From positions 2,183 through 66,182 of the forward strand of contig JAWCLW010000003.1 of NCBI GenBank assembly GCA_039091535.1: 64,000 nt of DNA. The letters run 5' to 3'. The first letter of the stretch is position 1; each line of letters opens with the position of its first letter. The translations under genes were made by a program, and so were the position numbers. Below, one piece after another: positions 54,368 to 63,550 of this stretch. This stretch comes from Candidatus Aenigmatarchaeota archaeon. Its GTDB lineage: Archaea > Aenigmatarchaeota > Aenigmatarchaeia > GW2011-AR5. The notes under the pieces are model-generated. The model worked only from the letters and a program-made list of their open reading frames with translations. It was not told the origin of the DNA and made no database searches.

Positions 54368-55084
54368 ATGCCATTTTATGATTTGCATGTACATACAAAT
54401 TTATCTATTGGTGAAAATAGCGTAGAAGAAATAGTTGAATTTGCAAAAAAATTAGGTTTATCTGGTATAGGGATTGTTAATTATTATCCAGGAAATATAG
54501 AAAAACTTCAAAAGATTGAAGGTATTGATTTAGTTTCCTGTATAATGATAAAACCAAAGAATCCAGAAGAATTGGACAAACTTGCAAAAAAAGTAAGAAA
54601 TAAAGCAGAAGTGCTTATGGTCCATGGTGGCGATTATGACATAAATCGTGCTGCATGCGAAAATTCATTAATAGATATTTTATGCCATCCAGAGCTTGGT
54701 CGCAAGGATAGTGGTCTAGATCACATATGCGTTAAGGCTGCTGGAGAAAATAACGTAGCAATAGAAATAAATTTTCGTGAGATTCTTGAATCTTACAAAA
54801 AGAATAAAATATACATAATCTCATCAATGAACAAGAATATAAAGCTATGTAAAAAATACAATGCAAAAATAATTACAACAAGCGGTGCTGTTACAAAATG
54901 GGGTATGCGCTCTGGTAGGGAATTAGCTGCTATAGCAAATATCTTAGGCCTTGAGCTTGGCGAAGCAATAGATACAGTTTCAACAATACCAGAGACTCTT
55001 GTTTATGAGAATAGGAAAAAATTAGAGGATAAAAAATTTGAAGGTGTGGAGGTAGTAGAAGATATGGTGAATAAGAATGGCTGA
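54368..55084 (+). CDS. rnp3: RNase P protein component 3 (Rpp30)
   Basis: FYDLHVHT PHP/TIM-barrel start. Conserved archaeal order rpl15e-rnp3-rnp2. GGTG SD. Confidence 0.8.
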   Translation: MPFYDLHVHTNLSIGENSVEEIVEFAKKLGLSGIGIVNYYPGNIEKLQKIEGIDLVSCIMIKPKNPEELDKLAKKVRNKAEVLMVHGGDYDINRAACENSLIDILCHPELGRKDSGLDHICVKAAGENNVAIEINFREILESYKKNKIYIISSMNKNIKLCKKYNAKIITTSGAVTKWGMRSGRELAAIANILGLELGEAIDTVSTIPETLVYENRKKLEDKKFEGVEVVEDMVNKNG

Positions 55085-55457
55085 ACCAAAAATTTTACCA
55101 CCAAGTCTTAGACCGCAAAAAAGATACATTGTATTTGAGATAATATCAGAACATCCTATAACCTATGGCGATTTAATAAATGCTGTCTGGAATTCTATGC
55201 TAAGTTTTCTTGGAGAACTTGGATCAGCAGAAGCGAGAATATGGTTTATACACAATCTTTATGATGAAAAAACTCAGCGCGGTGTTATAAAATGTAGACA
55301 TGATTCTGTTGAGAAGATAAGGGTTGTGCTTTCTCTTATACAGATGATTGGGGAAACGCGTAGTTTAATAAAGATAGTTGGTGTGACTGGTACAATAAAA
55401 TCAGCAAAAAACAAATATTTATCAGGTGGTACATTAAAAGATTTTACTGGTGGTTAG
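55077..55457 (+). CDS. rnp2: RNase P protein component 2 (Pop5)
   Basis: LPPSLRPQKRYIVFEI N-terminal signature. 126 aa. Overlap-coupled to rnp3. Confidence 0.8.
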   Translation: MAEPKILPPSLRPQKRYIVFEIISEHPITYGDLINAVWNSMLSFLGELGSAEARIWFIHNLYDEKTQRGVIKCRHDSVEKIRVVLSLIQMIGETRSLIKIVGVTGTIKSAKNKYLSGGTLKDFTGG

Positions 55458-55869
55458 AATGATTGAAAACGATTATAAAACGTTATTAAGAAAGGCAAAA
55501 CAAAATCTTCCAAACCTAAATATGCATTCAAGATTTGAAATCCCAGAAGCAATTGTTGTAATATCAGGTAGGCGAACTTTTATAAAGAATTTTGTAGAGA
55601 TTACAAAAATAATTAGAAGAGAACCAAAACATCTTGCAAAATATATTTTTAAAGAACTTGCTATTCCCGGAAACATAAAGGGTGGTGAGCTAATATTACA
55701 GGGTAAGACAAATTCTCAATTGATTAATAGACGTATAAATAATTATGTAAATGAATTTGTCTTGTGTAATGAATGCAAGAAACCCGACACAATCATAAAA
55801 AAGGAAAATAATATATACTTTATAAAGTGTGAGGCATGTGGCGCCAAAAGGACTTTAAGACGCATATAG
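55450..55869 (+). CDS. eif2b: Translation initiation factor aIF2 beta subunit
   Basis: RFEIPEAIVVISGRRTFIKNF...HLAKYIFKELAIPG...LILQGK and the zinc ribbon CNECKKPDT...CEACGA. Confidence 0.9.
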   Translation: MVRMIENDYKTLLRKAKQNLPNLNMHSRFEIPEAIVVISGRRTFIKNFVEITKIIRREPKHLAKYIFKELAIPGNIKGGELILQGKTNSQLINRRINNYVNEFVLCNECKKPDTIIKKENNIYFIKCEACGAKRTLRRI

Positions 55870-55876
55870 TGATTCT

Positions 55877-56173
55877 ATGAAATTTTCATTTAAGATATTT
55901 AAGTATGGTAAAGATACACTACTTGCTATATCCGATTTTTCCATATTAGGCAAAACATTTGAAGATGGAGATATGCAACTGAATGTTTCAAGGGATTTCT
56001 ATTTTGAAAAAACATGCGATGAAAAATCAATAAAAAGACTAATAGAATCTGCAACAATAGTAAATGCAGTTGGCAAAAACATAATAAACTTGATGATTAA
56101 AGAAAAGATGATAAAAAAAGATGATATTTTAGAAATATGTGGTGTTCCTCATGCCCAAATTATCACGATCTAA
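55877..56173 (+). CDS. DUF424 protein
   Basis: KIFKYGKDTLLAISDFSILGKTFEDGDMQLNVSRDFY pattern, in the usual position next to aIF2-beta. Confidence 0.7.
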   Translation: MKFSFKIFKYGKDTLLAISDFSILGKTFEDGDMQLNVSRDFYFEKTCDEKSIKRLIESATIVNAVGKNIINLMIKEKMIKKDDILEICGVPHAQIITI

Positions 56174-56549
56174 AGGTCAATGGTTCATAATATCTGCTAT
56201 TATGGTTTCAGCCGCATTTCTTATAATTTCAATCTTTTTCAAAGGATATTATGGTATCGATACATCAAGACCAACCAAACTCAGTGAGGACTATTATTTT
56301 ATGAATATAAAAGAACAGTTCAATAAGGTTGTACAAGATTCTAATTGCACAAATATGGACAAAAATCTTAAAGAATTTAAATACTTTTCTGAAAAAGTAA
56401 TGGGTGAATTGGGATATTTCCTATATATTAATTATTCTATTATATCATGTCCCCCAAAAAATATAAGAATGGGAATGCTTCTTGCATCCGATAAAATGAT
56501 ATTGCATGAAAATATAAATCCAAATGATGTAATACCTGGAATTGAATAA
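56151..56549 (+). CDS. Pilin-like (class III signal peptide) small protein
   Basis: MPKLSRSKGQ/WFIISAIMVSAAFLIISIFF: a basic leader, a KGQ cleavage-like site, and a hydrophobic helix. ATG at 56151 chosen. Confidence 0.45.
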   Translation: MPKLSRSKGQWFIISAIMVSAAFLIISIFFKGYYGIDTSRPTKLSEDYYFMNIKEQFNKVVQDSNCTNMDKNLKEFKYFSEKVMGELGYFLYINYSIISCPPKNIRMGMLLASDKMILHENINPNDVIPGIE

Positions 56550-56829
56550 TTTGGAAAAATTCTTTCAAATAATTAATATATTAGTCATTCTTTGTATGTA
56601 TTGTATACAGGTTTGAATTTCTCCATAACATCATTAGGAACCATTTTCATCTCGAAATTGTAGCTCCCACAATTCTTTTGGAGTGTATCTATTTCTCATA
56701 AATTTTATGAAATCAATAATTTTTATGCACTTCTTTTTTTGAACCATAGAGCTCAAAAGAAATATTTATATCTTTTATAATTTTAAATAACTCTTTAAAC
56801 CTCATTTTAATCCCTAAATATTTTTTATT

Positions 56830-57942
56830 TTATAATCTTTTAAGTATTTCTATATCATTTTCATCAAGATTGAATTCTTTTTGGAATGATTTAGATTTTA
56901 ACATACTTTTAATTAATGGAATATAAATTTTCACCTTTCTTTTTGATGTGTGCAGTTTTTTACCTATTTTTTCAAGTATTTTGTCATCCGAACTTTTATA
57001 AAAATGGTCAGGGCGTTTATACATTACAAAGTCATTATACTTATTTTTTTTGCTAAGCACTAAACTAAAAATGGATAAATCAAAAAAATATTTCTGCAAG
57101 CTCCAATCCTGTCTTTTTATAGCCCTTGAAAGAAATAAATCCGCTTTTGAAAAGTAATCGTATACTATTGCGATATCATTTATATCCTTATATTCTTCAA
57201 TTATGTTTTCTCTTATCCACATTATAAGTTCTTGAATATCTTCATAATTTTTTATTATCATGGATGCATTTTGTATATTTGTCGTTTTCATAATAATTCT
57301 GAGTATATTGAATATATCTTCTGTTTGCCCTCTTTGGCCAAGTTCATTTATGGGTATTTTTCCAAAAAATTCTAGATCTATCAAGGCAGAACGTATATCA
57401 CCATTACTTATCCTAGCTAATTGATACAAATCCTTTTTGTCATATTCAATTCCCTCTTTTTTACATATGTCAGCAAGAAATTTTGCTATCTCTTCATGAC
57501 TTAATTTCTGAAATTTTATCAATTTACAGATTTTTCTAACATCGTATAATTTTTTATCATATGGATTTAATGCGATTAAAACTACAGGAAATCTACTCTC
57601 TTTTATCAATTCTATTATGGACTTTGGAGAATCAAGCAAGTCTATCTCGTCTATTAGAAATAATTTTTTCTTAAACGAAACACTATATTGTTTTGACGAC
57701 TTTATCAAATCGATGAAAGATTCGTATGTTCTATTATCACTTGCATAACTCTCTATAAGTTCAAAATCAAGTTCTTTTGCAAGTAATTTTATTATAAGAC
57801 TTTTTCCAACACCTGGAGGACCATATAGCATAAGTGCAGAACCAGGTTTAAAATTTCTTATCCATTTTCTTATTTCTATTATTTGCATTTTGTTTCCGAC
57901 TATATCGTCTATTTTTTTTGGTTTGTATTTTTCAAGAAGCAT
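56830..57942 (-). CDS. rfcL: Replication factor C large subunit
   Basis: MLLEKYKPKKIDDIVGN, Walker A GPPGVGKS, YASDNR (NASD-R-like), and Walker B LFLIDEIDLL. Start set at the ATG at 57942. Confidence 0.75.
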   Translation of the reverse strand: MLLEKYKPKKIDDIVGNKMQIIEIRKWIRNFKPGSALMLYGPPGVGKSLIIKLLAKELDFELIESYASDNRTYESFIDLIKSSKQYSVSFKKKLFLIDEIDLLDSPKSIIELIKESRFPVVLIALNPYDKKLYDVRKICKLIKFQKLSHEEIAKFLADICKKEGIEYDKKDLYQLARISNGDIRSALIDLEFFGKIPINELGQRGQTEDIFNILRIIMKTTNIQNASMIIKNYEDIQELIMWIRENIIEEYKDINDIAIVYDYFSKADLFLSRAIKRQDWSLQKYFFDLSIFSLVLSKKNKYNDFVMYKRPDHFYKSSDDKILEKIGKKLHTSKRKVKIYIPLIKSMLKSKSFQKEFNLDENDIEILKRL

Positions 57943-58021
57943 AAAAATTATTAAAGAAGAAAACTTATAAATCAATTAATTACATGATAGTTTTTTAAGC
58001 ATTAACAGTATCTTATTATTT

Positions 58022-58222
58022 ATGGTTACTAAAAAAATTAAAGATAAATATAAATGTATACGTTGCGGAAGATTATTCAAATCAAGACTTGCATTGAAGA
58101 GACATAGTAATGAACATCTACGCGCCTTAAAAGAGTTAAAAATGCTCCAAGAAGGTTATGTGCCAGAAGAAACAAAACTCGGTTTCGGTTTTAAAGGAAA
58201 AAATAGAATAATTGTAACCTAA
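58022..58222 (+). CDS. Stand-alone C2H2 zinc-finger protein
   Basis: YKCIRCGRLFKSRLALKRHSNEH fits Y-x-C-x2-C-x3-F-x5-L-x2-H-x3-H exactly. 66 aa. Confidence 0.6.
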   Translation: MVTKKIKDKYKCIRCGRLFKSRLALKRHSNEHLRALKELKMLQEGYVPEETKLGFGFKGKNRIIVT

Positions 58223-58930
58223 TTATGCTGGAACATATTTAGGCACACCTGTACCTCTGAAATAATCAAACATTCTCCTAATTGAGCCTTTTGTTGTTTG
58301 TTTTGCTAATCTCCATAATGTCTTATAAAATGGCTCTGTTTGTGCATCTTTTATAAATGCCGCATATCCCTCTTCCCCTGTTTTTTCACTCTTATAAAAT
58401 CTATCAGCAACATTTCCAATAAACCATGCAGTTGGGTATGGATTTGCTTCTTTTATAAATTCTGCTTTTTTATTTTTTCTAAGTAACTTTGCAACCTTAT
58501 GTTTTGCATATGTACTTATGGATTCCATTATGTTTCTTGCATCATCATTTATTTTTTCACCTTTTGCAACATAAGAAGATAAAGCATGTGCTAGTTCGTG
58601 CTCTGTTGTAAGTTTTGCAATCTTATATACTTTTTCTTTTGCCCATTCCTTTCCTTTGCGATATTTTTCAGCAACCATTTTAACTAAATATGGTATTAAT
58701 CTATTAACATAAATTCCTATAACGCTTCCATCTTGAGCAATGTCTGTTGCACCCAAGACTGATGGAGGTAATGGAGAAACTTTAATTTCTTTGTATAACC
58801 CATAATAATTAGGATTTTTTAAACCTGCTACTTTGACTAAATATGGTGCTTCTTCTAAAGCAGCACGCCTACCATCCTTAATACCTTCAAACAACTCTTT
58901 TTCAAGTTCATCTACCTGCATAATTATCAC
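58223..58930 (-). CDS. Hypothetical protein with HExxH motif (possible zinc metallopeptidase)
   Basis: 235 aa with a single TTEHELAHALSSY motif. No signal peptide. Confidence 0.4.
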   Translation of the reverse strand: MIIMQVDELEKELFEGIKDGRRAALEEAPYLVKVAGLKNPNYYGLYKEIKVSPLPPSVLGATDIAQDGSVIGIYVNRLIPYLVKMVAEKYRKGKEWAKEKVYKIAKLTTEHELAHALSSYVAKGEKINDDARNIMESISTYAKHKVAKLLRKNKKAEFIKEANPYPTAWFIGNVADRFYKSEKTGEEGYAAFIKDAQTEPFYKTLWRLAKQTTKGSIRRMFDYFRGTGVPKYVPA

Positions 58931-59020
58931 ATATATCTTTTATTATGAATTATTTATAAGATTTTCCTATTTTTAAACTTTTTGTAATTCGATTCTATTA
59001 ACTTAAATGTTGATATATCC

Positions 59021-59460
59021 TCAAATCTTAATTTCAATATTTACACTGGAAAGATCAGAAAGAAGCAATACTAAAGCAGAGTCAGAAGCCATACTTTTAG
59101 CAATCAATGCTTGTACGATTGGAATTTCTGTTAAAGTTGAAAAATATAAAAATGTCCCAATATCGAAGCAATTAAATTTCCGATGAGATTGTTTTGACCA
59201 AATAAATTTTTAATCAAACTTTGATGGAGCAAAGGCATTATAAAACCTGTAATGAAAACTTCTATAAATAACAATGGCAATAAAATTTTAGCAAAATTCC
59301 ATGTTTCCTCAAGCTATATTTTATTGAATAATTTTGAACTTAAACAAAACAATAAGAACCATTCCTAATGTAAAAAAAGCCCATTAGAGAATACTTAAGA
59401 AAAGTGTTTATCTGTAAGCCATTTACAATAAGAATCCCAATAAGCATAAAAAGAAAACAC
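59021..59460 (-). pseudogene. Decayed permease gene (COG0701/YraQ-like predicted permease)
   Basis: The reverse strand reads LEETWNFAKILLPLLFIEVFITGFIMPLL...NLIGNLIASILGHFYIF, then after a frameshift FSTLTEIPIVQALIAKSMASDSALVLLLSDLSSV. Further upstream pieces are broken by stops. No ORF of 60 aa or more is left. Confidence 0.55.
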
Positions 59461-59486
59461 TTAAAACAAGGTAGATTAAAATAAAT

Positions 59487-59681
59487 TCATACTCTAAATT
59501 TCGCGACATCTTTTAATAAGTCGATATGTGTCAAAAATAACGCACGACAGCAATATCTTTCTAATCCAAGATCATCTAATACCTTTCCTGGATTTTCACC
59601 ATTCTCTACTCTTTTTTTATATTCTTCCCATAGCCCTGCAACAGGCTTACCGCATGTGAAACATCTAATAGGGATTATCAT
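59487..59681 (-). CDS. rpoN: DNA-directed RNA polymerase subunit N (Rpb10)
   Basis: MIIPIRCFTCGKPVAGLWEEY...LGLERYCCR signature. Confidence 0.9.
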   Translation of the reverse strand: MIIPIRCFTCGKPVAGLWEEYKKRVENGENPGKVLDDLGLERYCCRALFLTHIDLLKDVAKFRV

Positions 59682-59742
59682 TGGATCGCCATTTAATTAT
59701 AAAATAAAAATCTTTTTAAATTGATTGTTAGATTTAAAAAAA

Positions 59743-60177
59743 TTATCTCTTTGATTGTTGTTTACTTCTTCTTGGTCCTGCTGATGAGCGCGATGGTTTG
59801 TGTGGTTCTGTACGCCTAGAATCTGATATAAGCAAAGATCGGTCATAATCCATATAGATCTTTCTCAGATTTTCATTTTTATACCATTTTACAAGTGCGT
59901 TTGCTATTGCTGTTCTTGCAGCATCAGCCTGGCCCCAAATACCTCCACCTGAAACATTTACATCAATATCAACATTTTTTGCGAGTTCACCTGCAAGTAT
60001 TATTGGCTCTTTTATTCTCATTTGTCTATATCTTGGCTCAATGATATCTAATAATATTGAATTTATTCGAACTATTCCATTTCCATCGCGAATTGTAGCT
60101 CTTGCTATGGATTTCTTCCTTTTTCCTACTGTTTGAATTGTTTTTGTTGTTTTCTGATTTTTTTTCATATTACTCAT
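59743..60177 (-). CDS. rps9: 30S ribosomal protein S9
   Basis: GKRKKSIARATIRDGNGIVRIN...GGGIWGQADAARTAIANAL...ending SKR. Start ATG at 60177 (or 60168), overlapping the rpl13 stop. Confidence 0.9.
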   Translation of the reverse strand: MSNMKKNQKTTKTIQTVGKRKKSIARATIRDGNGIVRINSILLDIIEPRYRQMRIKEPIILAGELAKNVDIDVNVSGGGIWGQADAARTAIANALVKWYKNENLRKIYMDYDRSLLISDSRRTEPHKPSRSSAGPRRSKQQSKR

Positions 60178-60589
60178 GCCATCCCAATGATTTTGAAAGA
60201 TTACCAAGGGTTATGAAATCTGTTTTTATTTCTTTTGTTGCCATAGTTTCGAATTTTTTGTCCTTAAATTCTTCAGGAATACCAATATAAGCCCTCAATC
60301 TTTTTAATGCATTTCTTCCTTTCCTTGTTTTTGGGAGCATTCCACGTATTGTTCTTCTTAATATCAGATCAGGTTTTTTTGGGAAAAATGGACCATGTTG
60401 CGGTGAGCCTCTTCTGCGTTTCTTAAGATAATTAGCTACAATCCTTTTTGGATTTCCTGTAATTATAACTTTTTCAGCATTCAAAATGTTCACGCGCTCA
60501 CCATTCAGCAATCTTTTTGCAGAAAAAGATGCAAGTCTTCCAAGTATTGCACCATCCCCATCAATTAAAATAATTTTTTCATCCGTCAT
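60170..60589 (-). CDS. rpl13: 50S ribosomal protein L13
   Basis: MTDEKIILIDGDGAILGRLASFSAKRLLNGERVNILNAEKVIITG. ATGA overlap with the rpl18e stop at 60586-60589. Confidence 0.9.
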   Translation of the reverse strand: MTDEKIILIDGDGAILGRLASFSAKRLLNGERVNILNAEKVIITGNPKRIVANYLKKRRRGSPQHGPFFPKKPDLILRRTIRGMLPKTRKGRNALKRLRAYIGIPEEFKDKKFETMATKEIKTDFITLGNLSKSLGWHE

Positions 60590-60939
60590 ATAATAATCCT
60601 CGCTTTTTCTCTTGACTTCAATAGATCCATTAATGAAAGGCATTTACCACCTGCTTTTTCTATCTTATTTTTTGCTTTTGCTGAGAATGACCATGCGAAA
60701 ACATTGACAGGCTTTTTTATATCTCCAATAGATAAGACCTTTCCTGGTATAACTATATTCTCATTTTCTTTCGCAATTTTATTTATTTTTGATATATTCA
60801 CACCAATTTTTTTTCTTCTAGGTTTTTCAAGATGTTTTGCTACCACTAAGAAAAACCTCTCTTTTGTCTTCTTCATTTCAATTATGATATTTTTCAAATT
60901 TGGATCTGTTGGTCCTGTCGGTTTTGGCATGCGTCTCAC
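60586..60939 (-). CDS. rpl18e: 50S ribosomal protein L18e
   Basis: GPTDPNLKNIIIEMKK...RRKKIGVNISKINKI...IPGKVLSIGDI...FSAKAKNKIEKAGGKC. First gene of the rpl18e-rpl13-rps9-rpoN cluster. Confidence 0.85.
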   Translation of the reverse strand: MRRMPKPTGPTDPNLKNIIIEMKKTKERFFLVVAKHLEKPRRKKIGVNISKINKIAKENENIVIPGKVLSIGDIKKPVNVFAWSFSAKAKNKIEKAGGKCLSLMDLLKSREKARIII

Positions 60940-61127
60940 ATTTTTTTATTTTAATACAAATGTAAATAAAGAAAAGTTTAATTTAAATAGTTGTTGATAA
61001 TTATAAATAAAAATATTTAAACTTTCAGAATTTTAACTTTCACCTTTTAGTTGTAAAAATGATAAGACTTTATATAATATATTTAAAATTATAAGTTATA
61101 ATTATAAAAATTTGGTGCTGGTTGTTT

Positions 61128-61457
61128 ATGAGTAAAACAAGCATTACTATAATATTGGTTGTTATATTTGCTTGGTTGATCTTTGTTACTTATATGATTT
61201 TCAATCTCGTAATACCTGGTGAAAGATGGAAATGCTCCGCAGTAAATTGTACAAAAATGTTAACAGGTATTGAGTGGGCAAATCAGAATTGCTTTGTTGC
61301 AGGAAATCAGACATTATGCAAACTTGTAATCAACAATCAAAATCAATTGATTCCTATTGAATATCTTAATCTATCGGCTATACAACAGTGTATCGAATTC
61401 AGATGTATAGAGGAAATAAAAATCAGAAATGTTGATTATGTTATAAATATAACATAA
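61128..61457 (+). CDS. Small membrane-anchored Cys-rich protein
   Basis: N-terminal TM (ITIILVVIFAWLIFVTYMIFNLVI), then an ectodomain with 6 Cys and several sequons. Confidence 0.4.
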   Translation: MSKTSITIILVVIFAWLIFVTYMIFNLVIPGERWKCSAVNCTKMLTGIEWANQNCFVAGNQTLCKLVINNQNQLIPIEYLNLSAIQQCIEFRCIEEIKIRNVDYVINIT

Positions 61458-61508
61458 AGCTAAAATTTTTCAGAAATAATAAATATTAATTAATACAAAA
61501 TATTATGC

Positions 61509-62480
61509 ATGAAAAAAATAAAATTTTTATTAATTTTTATAGTTTTGTTTTTATTTGTAAAAACAACTAGTGCTACACTTATCTGTGATGTTGTACAGAC
61601 ATGCAATTATACGGATGTATTACATCTTTCCAATCTTAGCAATGCGCATGCAGAATTGCCAACATATTCAAATTACAACTATAAACTATGTTGTTACGAT
61701 TCAATCGGAATACAAATTGGAACATCATGTTCTGGTATTTATTCTACACTTCTGCGTCTTTCAAATGAAACAAATGCACATATTGAAAAAAATACAGAAC
61801 AAAATTATCCTTATAATATTTGCCTAAATGCAAGCACTGGCACATTGACATGCACATATGCAACATCGTGCTCAGGTTATGACACGTGTGTTGCAACAAT
61901 TTCATCAACAGAGGGCGGAAGTGACACAAATTTGCATATAGCAAGCTGCAATAATGATCCTTATACAACAAAGATCTGTTGTACGTTGTGGAAAGTATTA
62001 AGAAAGGTTACATTTTCTCTACAATTAAACATATCAGGCCCTACAAATGATGAGGCATTTGCAGATAATCAAGGTGCAGGTTATTATACAGACTTAGCAA
62101 ATAAATTTGCATGTATACAAGACAGGACAATTGCAAATGAGCCTGCATTTGGCCTTGCATTTGCTGGAAGCTCCTTTAATTATTTGAATCTTACAAACAC
62201 AAGTACTGGTTATATAATGAAGATTTCACAAAGTGAACGTAGAAATAAATTTGTAATACCTATTACAATAAACAACTGCACCTCTGTAAGAAATAAAATG
62301 CCTTTAGAAACAATTATACAACCTTTTATCAGTTTTGTTGAAAAGATAAGCACAATACAATTATCGGTAAGCTATCCTATGATAGATATTGTTGGTGACA
62401 TTCAAAAGACTGGGGCATTCAAAATTATTTTAGAGAAAAATGAGACAAATGAGAATCAAATAATAATAAAGCCTGTGTGA
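61509..62480 (+). CDS. Secreted Cys-rich repeat protein (LSN-x-(S/T)NAH repeats)
   Basis: Signal peptide (FLLIFIVLFLFVKTTSA). Repeats: VLHLSNLSNAHAELPTYSNYNYKLCC, LLRLSNETNAHIEKNTEQNYPYNICL, and a degenerate third (SDTNLHIASCNNDPYTTKICC). Confidence 0.5.
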   Translation: MKKIKFLLIFIVLFLFVKTTSATLICDVVQTCNYTDVLHLSNLSNAHAELPTYSNYNYKLCCYDSIGIQIGTSCSGIYSTLLRLSNETNAHIEKNTEQNYPYNICLNASTGTLTCTYATSCSGYDTCVATISSTEGGSDTNLHIASCNNDPYTTKICCTLWKVLRKVTFSLQLNISGPTNDEAFADNQGAGYYTDLANKFACIQDRTIANEPAFGLAFAGSSFNYLNLTNTSTGYIMKISQSERRNKFVIPITINNCTSVRNKMPLETIIQPFISFVEKISTIQLSVSYPMIDIVGDIQKTGAFKIILEKNETNENQIIIKPV

Positions 62481-62485
62481 TATTT

Positions 62486-63196
62486 ATGCCTTCGATACTT
62501 TCATATGCAATTGTGGTTGGTATTATAGTTATATCTACAATACTTGTATTGAATATAATAAATCCTATACTAGAAGAAGCAAGAATGGCTCAAGTATATA
62601 CAGAAAGCTTGAATACTATGAAATTTATTGACTCGCAGATAAGGTCAATAATATTCGAAGCACCTGGAACAAGACGCACGCTTGATTTGAATTTAAGAGA
62701 GGGTTCATTTACTGTTGTTGGTGGAGAAGATGAAATAAAAATAACATTAGAGGATGTGAAATTTTTCTCACCCGGAAAGACAAAAGAAGGCAATATTGTT
62801 GTAAAATCTGGAGCATGGATGGATGCAAGTGAAATTGATATAGACAATGATGGAACAATGGATCTTGTACTTGAAAATAATGCAGTTCTATTTGCTGTAA
62901 AAAAATTAGGTAGCCAATCGAATCATGTATTTATAAACACAACCAACTTTATAACAATGATACGAAATAAGCGTGCTGATGTAAATATAACACCTCTTAC
63001 CGCTATATACATAGATGACCAATTGAATACATCTTATGGATATGGCTACACAGAACTTACAAGAATAGGAAAGAACATACCTTCTTCTGGGATAAGATTA
63101 TGGCTCAATTCATCAGGAAATATAACATATGAAACATTGTTCACATTAGATACTATTAGCGATTTTGTAACATTAGAAATAAGGCATATAACATAA
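62486..63196 (+). CDS. Membrane-anchored (pilin-like N-terminal helix) protein
   Basis: MPSILSYAIVVGIIVISTILVLNIINPILEEAR hydrophobic N-terminus followed by a beta-rich ectodomain. Start coupled to the previous stop. Confidence 0.4.
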   Translation: MPSILSYAIVVGIIVISTILVLNIINPILEEARMAQVYTESLNTMKFIDSQIRSIIFEAPGTRRTLDLNLREGSFTVVGGEDEIKITLEDVKFFSPGKTKEGNIVVKSGAWMDASEIDIDNDGTMDLVLENNAVLFAVKKLGSQSNHVFINTTNFITMIRNKRADVNITPLTAIYIDDQLNTSYGYGYTELTRIGKNIPSSGIRLWLNSSGNITYETLFTLDTISDFVTLEIRHIT

Positions 63197-63288
63197 TTTT
63201 GTGAGATACAATAAAAAGACCATTAATTTTATATAGTGGTTTTTATATAATATCCATTAGACATTAATATTAATCATTGAAGTAATAC

Positions 63289-63304
63289 AAAGACGTTAGT
63301 CTTT
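63289..63304 (+). promoter_or_regulatory. Perfect palindrome upstream of the wHTH gene (possible operator or 5' hairpin)
   Basis: AAAGAC-GTTA-GTCTTT lies about 22 nt upstream of the ATG at 63326. Confidence 0.25.
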
Positions 63305-63325
63305 AATGTTTAGGATTGTGTTTAG

Positions 63326-63550
63326 ATGAAATCGACCAAAAGTATGGAAAAACTAATTTTAAACATACTTCGAAATTCTGATCTATCTTTGACTATTGAA
63401 GAAATTGCTGAAAAGGTAAAGATTCATCGCATCACTGCTTCAAAATATTTAGCTATTTTAGAAGCGAAAGGATTTGTAAAGCATCGTGATGTTGGAAAGG
63501 CAAAATTATATTCATTAACATCAAAAGCATCAAAAAAAGAGGTAAAATGA
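63326..63550 (+). CDS. Small winged-helix (MarR/TrmB-like) transcriptional regulator
   Basis: LSLTIEEIAEKVKIHRITASKYLAILEAKGFVKHRDVGKAKLY: HTH plus wing. 74 aa. Confidence 0.7.
   Translation: MKSTKSMEKLILNILRNSDLSLTIEEIAEKVKIHRITASKYLAILEAKGFVKHRDVGKAKLYSLTSKASKKEVK

Noticed and set aside
56550-56829. Short minus-strand fragments (MRFKELFKIIKDINISFELYGSKKEVHKNY*, MRNRYTPKELWELQFRDENGS*) downstream of rfcL, between it and the convergent pilin-like ORF
   Set aside because: They might be debris of a decayed gene. However, each fragment is under 35 aa and I cannot tie them to any family, so they are not reported as a feature.
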